DNA of 64,000 nucleotides from Myxococcota bacterium. Its GTDB lineage: Bacteria > Myxococcota_A > UBA9160 > JAFDDA01. A model generated the notes under the pieces. It ran no database searches. It saw only the letters and a list, made by a program, of their open reading frames with translations, and was not told the origin of the DNA. Positions 9,428-16,847 of the stretch are shown here, piece after piece. The stretch spans positions 4,256,001 to 4,320,000 of the forward strand of contig OZ245817.1 in NCBI GenBank assembly GCA_965228475.1, written 5' to 3'. A program made the translations under genes and the position numbers. Each line of letters begins with the position of its first letter. Position 1 is the first letter of the stretch.

Positions 9428-10861
9428 TTAACGGGAATCGGGCGGAGGGGCTTCCGCAGCGGAACCCCGCCCCGCGGCCTCGGAGAGCACCTCGTGCTCC
9501 GGGTAGAGCGTGTAGAGAAGCGCCGAGACGAGGCACAGCCCCGCGGCGACGGGCCCGACGAGCAGCACGCCCAGGGGCTCCTCGGCGCTGTTTCCGAAGC
9601 GCGCGAACAGGAACGCCAGGATCGCACCGGAGATCCCGTACACGAACTTCGTGCACAGCCCCTGGATTCCGAAGAACATCGCCGCCCGGTTCGCCCCCGT
9701 GCGCGCTTCGTCCCGATCGACGAGCTGACTGATGATGACGTGGGGGATGACCATGAATCCGGCGACGGGCGGGCCGCAGCCGATCATCGCGACGACGAGG
9801 ATCGCGAGATTCATGCGGTCGCGAGCGGTGCCCGGCTCGGCGGGTTCGAGCGCCCCGAGCAGGCCGAGGGCGACCGCGAACGTCCCCACGCTCGCGACGA
9901 GGGCCCGCTTCGCACCGAACCGCTCGCCGAAGCGCTGGACGAGCGGCAGCGCCCCGGCCGTCGCGAGCGCCAGCACCAGGCCGAAGATCGCCGCGAAGCC
10001 CTCGGTGCGGTTCAGGATCACGCGCGGGTAGTACGTCAACACCGGCTGCACGAGGTTCACACCCAGGATGAAGAAGATCTGCGCCACGAGGTAGATCACG
10101 AAGGGCCGGTTCACGAGCGTGGCGCGGATCGCGGCGCCGAGGGGCAGATCCGAGGAGACGGAGCGGGCGTGGCGCCGCTCGTCGATGGCGAGGATGGGAA
10201 GCAGGCAGAAGGCGAAGGAGGCCCCCGCCAGCCCGATGACCACGGCGCGGATCGCCGCGCTCGGATCGGTGCCCATGCGGACCAGTGCGTCGAAACCGAC
10301 CGTCCAGGCGCCGAAGGCGATCGTCACCGGGAAGGTGACCCAGGCCAGGAGCGTCGCGAGCCGCACCCGCTCCGCGTGGCCCTGGGCGAGCTCCGGGATC
10401 AGCGCGAGGTAGGGCGCCACGTAGACGGTGAACGCGACGTAGTAGAGGGCCAGCACGAGAGCGAGCCAGGCGAAGTTGGCCGAGCTCGCGACGGCGTCCG
10501 GCGGGAAGAAGATCAGCACCGGTAGGAGCGTCATCGGCACGATGCCGTAGATCAGGTAGGAGCGGCGGCGGCCGAGGCGCGAGCGCGAGCGGTCCGACCC
10601 GTAGCCGACGAAGGGGTCCGCGCCCGCGTCGAACAGCCGGCCGATCATCGTCGCGACGCCGAAGGCCGTGAGTCCGCCGAAGAAGATGTCCTGCCCGATG
10701 CGCGCCGGGAGCCCGACCCCCTCCGGCGGCAGGTAGAAGAAGATCGCGACGACGTAGACGATCCGGTCCGAGAGACTGAACCCCGCCGAGCCCATCGCGA
10801 AGGCGAGGCGGCGGCGGCGGGAGAGCTCCTCCTTCGGCCCGTCTCCCGCCGCCTCACTCAT
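9428..10861 (-). CDS. MFS transporter, GPH/MFS_2 family
   Basis: About 12 TM; DAGADPFVG..SDRSRSRLGRRR, PYLALIPEL. Confidence 0.85.
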   Translation of the reverse strand: MSEAAGDGPKEELSRRRRLAFAMGSAGFSLSDRIVYVVAIFFYLPPEGVGLPARIGQDIFFGGLTAFGVATMIGRLFDAGADPFVGYGSDRSRSRLGRRRSYLIYGIVPMTLLPVLIFFPPDAVASSANFAWLALVLALYYVAFTVYVAPYLALIPELAQGHAERVRLATLLAWVTFPVTIAFGAWTVGFDALVRMGTDPSAAIRAVVIGLAGASFAFCLLPILAIDERRHARSVSSDLPLGAAIRATLVNRPFVIYLVAQIFFILGVNLVQPVLTYYPRVILNRTEGFAAIFGLVLALATAGALPLVQRFGERFGAKRALVASVGTFAVALGLLGALEPAEPGTARDRMNLAILVVAMIGCGPPVAGFMVIPHVIISQLVDRDEARTGANRAAMFFGIQGLCTKFVYGISGAILAFLFARFGNSAEEPLGVLLVGPVAAGLCLVSALLYTLYPEHEVLSEAAGRGSAAEAPPPDSR

Positions 10862-12368
10862 GGCCGGCGATCCGTAGGCCCGCCGGAACGAGCCGGCGCT
10901 CGCTCCACTCGAACAGGCCCTGGACCGCCAGGGCGAGCAGCGCCGCCGGAACGGCGCCCTCGAGGATCAGCCCGGCGTCGTCGAGGCGGATGCCGGAGAG
11001 GATCGGCTGTCCGTAGCCCCCTGCCCCGACCAGCGCGCCGAGGGTGGCGAAGCCGACGTTGATCACCGCCGCCGTCTTCACGCCGGCGAGAATCGTGCGC
11101 GAAGCCATGGGCAGCTCGACGAGGCGCAGGCGTGCGCGGCCGTCGAGCCCGAGCGCTTCGGCGCTCTCGCGCAGGGAGAGCGGGATGTCGTGAAGGCCCG
11201 CGTGGGTGTTCCGGACGATGGGCAGGAGGCTGTAGAGGAAGAGCGCGAGGATCGCGGGGGGGTCGCCGAGGCTCGAGACGCCGAACGGGCGCAGCAGGCC
11301 GAGCAGCGGCATCAGCAGCACGAGCAGCGCCAGGGCCGGGATCGTCTGGATCACGCCGACGGTCACGAGGATCGGCTGGGCCAGGCGCTGGCGCCGCGCG
11401 GCGAGGATGCCGAGCGGCAGGGCCACGAGCAGTGCCGCAGAGAGGGAGAGCGCCACGAGGCGCAGGTGATCGAGCGTGTTCCCGAGCACGCGGCTCGCGA
11501 GGCCCCGCTCTTCGACTTCGTGTGCGATCCCGGTCGCCGCGAGCACGAACTCCGCGGCAACGACCGTCTCGCGGTCGCCGTCGAGCTTGGCGCGGGCGTT
11601 CATGGCGACCATCGTCGCCTCGTCGATCCGCCCGACGACGGAGGCGAGCGCGGCGACGCCGGCCGGGTGACGGGCCTCGAGATCCTCGCGCCACAGCCAG
11701 ACGGCGTCGTAGCGCGGGAAGTGACCGCGGTCGTCCTCGAGCACGCGCAGGCCGTAGTAGGCGATCTCCGCGTCGGTCGAATAGAGCTCGGTCACGTCGA
11801 GGGCACCCTGCTCGAGGCCGCGGTAGGCGATGTCGTGGTCGAGGCCGCGCACGTTCTCCTGGGGGAGGCCGTAGTGCCGCCGCACCGAGGGCCAGCCGTC
11901 TTCGCGCCGCATGAACTCGTCGGTGAAGCCGAAGACGAGCTCCGGGTGGCGGACCAGGTCCGAGACCGTGCGGATCCCGAGCTCCGCCGCCCGGGCCTCC
12001 CTCATCCCGAACGCGTAGGTGTTGTTGAAGCCGAGCGGCCGGCTCATGCGCACGCCGTGTTCGGCGAGCGCACGCTCGAGCGAGGCGGCGTCCGCGAGCT
12101 CCCGCCCCGCGAAGATCTCGCCGCGCAGGGTTCCGGTGTATTCGGGGTAGACGTCGAGTTCGCCCTGAACGAGGGCGTTCCAGAGGATCCGCGTGCCGCC
12201 GAGCTCGCGCCGGTGCTCGGCCGTTGCACCCGCCTCGGCGAGCAGCACCGTCGCCACCTCCCCGAGCAGCACCGACTCGGTGAACTTCTTCGAACCCACG
12301 CGCACGGGCTCCGCGCCGGCCGCGAGCGGCAGGCAGGCGAGGAGCGCCGCGAGGAAGCCCGCCCTCAT
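10854..12368 (-). CDS. Glycine betaine/choline ABC transporter, fused substrate-binding and permease
   Basis: VGSKKFTES, YPEYTGT, GFNNTY (OpuAC); QTIPALAL and EAA-loop permease domain. Confidence 0.92.
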   Translation of the reverse strand: MRAGFLAALLACLPLAAGAEPVRVGSKKFTESVLLGEVATVLLAEAGATAEHRRELGGTRILWNALVQGELDVYPEYTGTLRGEIFAGRELADAASLERALAEHGVRMSRPLGFNNTYAFGMREARAAELGIRTVSDLVRHPELVFGFTDEFMRREDGWPSVRRHYGLPQENVRGLDHDIAYRGLEQGALDVTELYSTDAEIAYYGLRVLEDDRGHFPRYDAVWLWREDLEARHPAGVAALASVVGRIDEATMVAMNARAKLDGDRETVVAAEFVLAATGIAHEVEERGLASRVLGNTLDHLRLVALSLSAALLVALPLGILAARRQRLAQPILVTVGVIQTIPALALLVLLMPLLGLLRPFGVSSLGDPPAILALFLYSLLPIVRNTHAGLHDIPLSLRESAEALGLDGRARLRLVELPMASRTILAGVKTAAVINVGFATLGALVGAGGYGQPILSGIRLDDAGLILEGAVPAALLALAVQGLFEWSERRLVPAGLRIAGHE

Positions 12369-13117
12369 GCAGGGCTCCCGGCGAGGGTCTCGAGCGGGCT
12401 GCGCTGGGCGTTCACGAAGCGGGTGACGAAGGGGTCCGCCGGCCGGGCGACCAGGTCTTCGAGCGAGCCGCTCTGGACGACGCGCCCCTCGCGCAGGAGC
12501 ACGATCCCGCTTGCGAGGAAGCCGGCCTCGCCGATGTCGTGGGTCACGAGCACGACGGTCTTCCCGAGCGCCGCGAAGACCCGGCGCAGGTCGTCCTGGA
12601 GGTCCGAGCGGATCATCGGGTCGAGGGCGCCGAGCGGTTCGTCGAGCAGCAGCACGTCCGGGTCGAGCATGAGCGCCCGCATCAGGCTCACCCGTTGGCG
12701 CTGGCCGCCGGAGAGCTGCACGGGAAAGCGCTCGAGCCCGTCCGCCGGGAAGCGCGTGAGCTCGCAGAGCTCGGCGATGCGCGCCTCGACGCGTTCCCGC
12801 TCCCAGCCGATGTGACGCGCCGCGAGGGCGACGTTCCCGCGCGCGTCGAGGTGCGGGAAGAGCCCGCCATCCTGGATCACGTAGCCCATGCGCCGCCGCA
12901 GTCCGGTCGGCTCCGCCGCGGCCACCGGGGTGCCGTCGAAGAGGACCTCTCCGGCGTCGGGCGTGAGGAGACCGATCAGGAGGCGCAGGATCGTCGACTT
13001 GCCGCAGCCGCTCGGGCCGAGCAGGGCCGTCGTCTCGCCCCGGGGAAGCGTGAGGTCGACCCCCTCCAGGGCGAGCTGGCCGGCGAAGGCGCGCGAGACG
13101 CCTCGAAGCTCGAACAT
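12365..13117 (-). CDS. Osmoprotectant ABC transporter ATP-binding protein
   Basis: GPSGCGKS, GYVIQDGGLFPH, LSGGQRQR, LLLDEP. Confidence 0.93.
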   Translation of the reverse strand: MFELRGVSRAFAGQLALEGVDLTLPRGETTALLGPSGCGKSTILRLLIGLLTPDAGEVLFDGTPVAAAEPTGLRRRMGYVIQDGGLFPHLDARGNVALAARHIGWERERVEARIAELCELTRFPADGLERFPVQLSGGQRQRVSLMRALMLDPDVLLLDEPLGALDPMIRSDLQDDLRRVFAALGKTVVLVTHDIGEAGFLASGIVLLREGRVVQSGSLEDLVARPADPFVTRFVNAQRSPLETLAGSPA

Positions 13118-13126
13118 GCCGCCACT

Positions 13127-14209
13127 CTACTCGTTTGAGCGGTTCGCGACCTGCGGCGATTCGGGGACCCGCCACACCCCGCCCACGGGCAGCACGTGCA
13201 CGCGCCCCGGGCCCTCCCCTTCCCGCGCGAGCACGCGAGCGAGCTCGCGCGGCGCCTCGTCGATCGGCTCGTCGGTGAGGTCGAAGGTGCCCCAGTGCAT
13301 CGGAAGGAAGTGCCGCGCGCGCAGGTCCTCGAAGGCCTGCCAAGCCTCGGCGGGATTCATGTGGGCTTCGCGCATGAACCAGCGCGGCTCGTAGGCGCCG
13401 ATCGGCAGCATCGCCACGTCGATCGGGCCGAAGCGCTTGCCGTACTCGGCGAAGCCGTGGAAGTAGCCGGTGTCGCCGGCGTGGAAGTAGCTGCGCTCGG
13501 CGTTCCGGATGAGCCAGGCGCACCATAGCGATTCGTTCATGCCCTGCTCGATGCGCCGCGACCAGTGCTGGGAGGGAAGACACGTCAGGGTGAAGCGCCC
13601 GTGTCGGACGCTCTCCCACCAATCGAGCTCGACCACGCGCTCGGCGCCGCGGCTCCGGAACCAGTCCGCCAGGCCAAGCGGTACGAACCAGTCGACGTCC
13701 GGCAGCTTCTTCACCGTGCCGGCGTCGAGATGGTCGTAGTGGTTGTGGGAGATCACGGCGAAGGCATCTTCCGGCACCGCCTCGATGGGCAGTCCGGGCG
13801 GCGTCTGCCGCGGGACGACGAGCGCCCGTTCGCCGAAGTGCGGGTCCGTCAGGAAGACGTCGTCGCCGTCGCGGACCGCGAAGGTCGCGTGCCCCACCCA
13901 GACCACGACGGCCGAGCGGTCGTCCGGCCCGGCGCTCGCCAGCACCTCGGGCCCGGCAGGCTCGACGGCCACGACGGGGTCCGGGGCGCCCGCGAAGGCG
14001 TTGCGCGTGAGGAACCAGCGGAACCCGCCGAGCATGCCGCGGTCGCTTGGAAGCCACGGGTTGAAGAAGGAGCCGACCCGGCCGTGCTCGGCCTCGAGCA
14101 GCCCCACGTCCTCGATCGGGAGTGACGGTTCGACCTCCGGCGGGGCCAGGCAGCCCGCCGGGAGCAGAGCGACGGCGACGCAGAAGGGGGCAAGGATGGC
14201 GAAGCGCAC
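13127..14209 (-). CDS. MBL-fold metallo-hydrolase (NAPE-PLD/RomA-like), probable lipoprotein
   Basis: WVGHAT, SHNHYDHLD, QHWSRR, GDTGY, PIGAYEP, PMHWGTF; lipobox-like LLPAGC. Confidence 0.88.
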   Translation of the reverse strand: MRFAILAPFCVAVALLPAGCLAPPEVEPSLPIEDVGLLEAEHGRVGSFFNPWLPSDRGMLGGFRWFLTRNAFAGAPDPVVAVEPAGPEVLASAGPDDRSAVVVWVGHATFAVRDGDDVFLTDPHFGERALVVPRQTPPGLPIEAVPEDAFAVISHNHYDHLDAGTVKKLPDVDWFVPLGLADWFRSRGAERVVELDWWESVRHGRFTLTCLPSQHWSRRIEQGMNESLWCAWLIRNAERSYFHAGDTGYFHGFAEYGKRFGPIDVAMLPIGAYEPRWFMREAHMNPAEAWQAFEDLRARHFLPMHWGTFDLTDEPIDEAPRELARVLAREGEGPGRVHVLPVGGVWRVPESPQVANRSNE

Positions 14210-14258
14210 GGCAATGCCTAGCTTAGCTGCTCGATTCCCCTCGTCTCGGAGGCGCCCC

Positions 14259-14849
14259 TTGGATTCCCTCGTCGCGAACGGTCTGGCCCACCACTGGCAG
14301 CTCCACCGGCCGATCTGGTCGCTGCTCGGCGCGCGCTGCCGCATCCTCGACGAACGCGGGGAGCTCGTCCTGTTCGCCCGCCGCAAGCCGCTGCGCCTGC
14401 GCGAGCACATCGAGATCTTCGAGGACGAAGGCGAGACGCGTGCGGCGCTGCGGATCCAGACCGAGAGCGTGCTCGACCTCGGCGCGACCTACGTGATCAC
14501 CGACGCCCGCAGCGGCGAGGGCGTCGGCATGGCGCGCCGGCGCTTCATGCGCTCCATGCTGCGCGACCACTGGGACCTGCTGGACGCCGGCGGAAACCCC
14601 CTCGGCGAGGCCCAGGAAGACTCGGCCGCCCTGGCGCTCCTTCGCCGCTTCATCGCCAACTTCGTGCCCCAGCGCATCGACGTCCACGTGCGCGGGCAGC
14701 TCGTGGCGGAGCTCCGCCAGCGCTGGAACCCCTTCGTCTTCCGGGCCGACCTCACCATGCCCGCCGGCGCCGACGCCACCCTCGACCCGCGCCTGCTGCT
14801 CGGGCTGGCCGTCCTGCTCATGGTGATCGAGGGCCGGCAGGACGGCTGA
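14259..14849 (+). CDS. LURP-one/scramblase-like protein
   Basis: TTG after GGAGG; KPLRLREHIEIF, VLDLGATY, SMLRDHW, LDPRLLL pattern. Confidence 0.7.
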   Translation: MDSLVANGLAHHWQLHRPIWSLLGARCRILDERGELVLFARRKPLRLREHIEIFEDEGETRAALRIQTESVLDLGATYVITDARSGEGVGMARRRFMRSMLRDHWDLLDAGGNPLGEAQEDSAALALLRRFIANFVPQRIDVHVRGQLVAELRQRWNPFVFRADLTMPAGADATLDPRLLLGLAVLLMVIEGRQDG

Positions 14850-14889
14850 TCCAAGCCGACGCGGCCCCCGCCGAACGCCCCCGGGCCCG

Positions 14890-14929
14890 AAAAAGTCAAA
14901 GCCCGGAGCCGACTTCCGGCTCCGGGCTT
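14890..14929 (-). terminator. Intrinsic terminator (minus strand)
   Basis: 13-bp perfect stem AAGCCCGGAGCCG/CGGCTCCGGGCTT followed on the minus strand by TGACTTTTT. Confidence 0.75.
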
Positions 14930-15010
14930 CCCTGGGAAGGGGATATTGTGTTGTCACAGGGGAAGTGGACGCGGACCCCGGGTTGGTGTCAGAACCCAAC
15001 GCACTTTTTC
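14890..15010 (-). ncRNA. Candidate small RNA / structured 3' UTR downstream of the ECF operon
   Basis: Lower-GC island with a 5' hairpin (GTTGG...CCAAC), C/U-rich single-stranded tracts and a strong terminator. Confidence 0.35.
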
Positions 15011-15099
15011 CCGATGCGCAGCCCGGCGGCAGCCGAGCGGCAGCAAGCCCCCGAAAAGGGGCTCTGGAGCCGACTTCGCGGAGGAACGGCCGGAGCGGC

Positions 15100-15600
15100 C
15101 TAGAAACGGGCCTCGAGGTGCACCAGCAGGTTGCCGCCCTGGTAGGGCTCCGGGTGGCGGATCGTGACCCGCTTGCCGTTGCGCATGCGCAGGTCGCTGC
15201 GGGTCGCTCCCTGGACCTCGACGTGCATGGCCAGCTGGCCGCCCTGCACCCCGCTCGGGCGCAGCTTCACCATCCGGCCGTTCGGCAGCTGGTGCGAGCC
15301 TTCCTGGTTCATCGCGATGTTGAGCGTCGTCGACTGCAGCACGCGATGGCTCTTCGGCGCGAAGCCCTGGGGCAGCAGATCCCGTCGCTCGACCGGCCCG
15401 GGCTGGGTCGACGTGTGGCTCACCATCACGTTGACCTGGACGTTCTGCGCCGTCGCCGTACCGGCGAAGCCGAGGAGGACCGCCGCGAGGAGCCAGAGCG
15501 AAACCTTCGTGAGACTAGATGAAAGCACGGGTGTTCGCCGAAGACCGAGTCCAGGCGATTGCACGGAAGCTCCTCGAAGACTGAGACTAGATGAAAGCAC
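15100..15600 (-). CDS. Secreted hypothetical protein (third gene of the ECF operon); alternative in-frame GTG starts at 15564 and 15528
   Basis: Signal peptide LWLLAAVLLGFAGTATA; beta-rich mature domain. Confidence 0.75.
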   Translation of the reverse strand: MLSSSLSLRGASVQSPGLGLRRTPVLSSSLTKVSLWLLAAVLLGFAGTATAQNVQVNVMVSHTSTQPGPVERRDLLPQGFAPKSHRVLQSTTLNIAMNQEGSHQLPNGRMVKLRPSGVQGGQLAMHVEVQGATRSDLRMRNGKRVTIRHPEPYQGGNLLVHLEARF

Positions 15601-15617
15601 GGGTGTTCCTCGAAGAC
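15510..15617. repeat. Three tandem 36-bp units spanning the anti-sigma stop and the next gene's start
   Basis: Units 15510-15545 and 15582-15617 match at 34/36; the middle unit 15546-15581 matches the last at 26/36. Confidence 0.9.
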
Positions 15618-16090
15618 GTATCCGTCTCGGTTGCAGCGGGTTCCATCACCCAGATGATGGTCGCTTCGTCCTCACCTTGGAGCAGCATGACGGAGTTCTC
15701 GCCCGGATCCAAGTATTGCACGACGTCGGCGAGGCCCGCGGGCTCGCTGCCCGAGAGCACGAAGATCCCGACGGCGGCCGCCGCGGCCGCCGCGACCGCC
15801 GCCCCGGCGGGCCGGAAGATCCAGCCGAGCGCCTCGGCGAAGCCACCGCCCGCCTCCGCTTCGACGACGGGCCCCCGCGGCAGCTCGCGTGCGATCTCGG
15901 CCCAGAGGTCCGGCTCCGGCCCCGCGGACTGGCTCTCCCGCACCCACTCCCCGACGAGGGACAGGCCCTCGAGGTCCTCGCGAGCCTCGGGCGACGCCGC
16001 CAGCACGCGCTCGACGCGCTTGCGCGCCAGCCAGCCGAGCTCGCCGTCGAAATAGGCCTGGAGCGTCTCTTCGTTCAGTTTCTTCGTCAT
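15587..16090 (-). CDS. Transmembrane anti-sigma factor
   Basis: LQAYFDGEL...VERVL (ASD-like, no HxxxCxxC), one TM, short C-terminal domain; coupled to the ECF gene. Confidence 0.8.
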   Translation of the reverse strand: MTKKLNEETLQAYFDGELGWLARKRVERVLAASPEAREDLEGLSLVGEWVRESQSAGPEPDLWAEIARELPRGPVVEAEAGGGFAEALGWIFRPAGAAVAAAAAAAVGIFVLSGSEPAGLADVVQYLDPGENSVMLLQGEDEATIIWVMEPAATETDTSSRNTRAFI

Positions 16091-16770
16091 CACGCGTTCT
16101 CCGGGGATGCCGTCCGGCCCACATGAACCCCCGCCTCGATCAAGAGCTCCTGCACCTGCTTCCGGGCGTAGTGCAGCCGGCTCATCACGGTGCCCTTCGG
16201 GATGGAAAGGGCGCTGGCGATCTCGGCGTAGGAAAGTCCTTCCACCTCGCGCAGGAGCAGGGTCTCGCGCGCCTCGGTGGGCAATTTGTCGATGGCCTCG
16301 GTGATGCGCTTGCGCAGCTCGGAGCGCTCGAGCGCCTGGGCCGGCCCGGGGTTGCTGGGCCCGCGCCCGGCCAGCGCCTCGGCCGAAGCGCCGCCCGCCG
16401 GGTCTCCCGGGTGCGTCTCGTCCCACTCGACTTCGCGGTCGGACTTGTCGCGGCGTTTCATGTCCAGGCAGAGGTTCATCACGAGTCGGTACAACCAGGT
16501 GTAGAAGCTGGATCGCCCTTCGAACTTGGAGAGCGAGGTGTAGGCCTTCAGGAACCCTTCCTGGACGGCGTCGCGAGCTCGCTCCTCGTCTCGCAAGACC
16601 CGGAGCGCGAGGGCGAAGGCCCGGCCCTGGTACTTCTCGACGAGCTGCCGGAACGCCTCGTGGTCGCCCTTCTTCGCGCGCGCCACGATCTCCGCGTCCG
16701 CAGGCCCGGCCGACTTCTTTGCCGGCCTCCGCTTGCCCTCAGCGGACTGCCGCTTGCCGCCAGTGCCAAT
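16090..16770 (-). CDS. ECF RNA polymerase sigma factor (RpoE-like); start ATT 16770 or TTG 16851
   Basis: DAEIVARAKKGDHEAFRQLV, DAVQEGFLKAY, SSFYTWLYR, LREVEGLSYAEIA..GTVMSRLHYAR. Confidence 0.9.
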   Translation of the reverse strand: MGTGGKRQSAEGKRRPAKKSAGPADAEIVARAKKGDHEAFRQLVEKYQGRAFALALRVLRDEERARDAVQEGFLKAYTSLSKFEGRSSFYTWLYRLVMNLCLDMKRRDKSDREVEWDETHPGDPAGGASAEALAGRGPSNPGPAQALERSELRKRITEAIDKLPTEARETLLLREVEGLSYAEIASALSIPKGTVMSRLHYARKQVQELLIEAGVHVGRTASPENA

Positions 16771-16847
16771 CGCCCCGTCTCCTTCCGGTCTCGGGGGTTT
16801 GGACGCACCGGAGCTCCCGGGTATTCGGCCCTTGGGGTCCGCGGGGC

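Noticed and set aside
7029..14057. Apparent large fusions in the ORF track (875-aa NFACT, 1067-aa permease; likewise 861-aa HemB and 770-aa MreB)
   Set aside because: The N-terminal extensions are out-of-frame read-through of upstream genes; internal starts with SD or coupling explain them
15510..15617. Repeat-spacer-repeat (36/36/36, ending GAAGAC) resembling a mini CRISPR array
   Set aside because: The apparent spacer is 26/36 identical to the repeat, the units are coding, and there is no leader or cas gene; it is a tandem triplication
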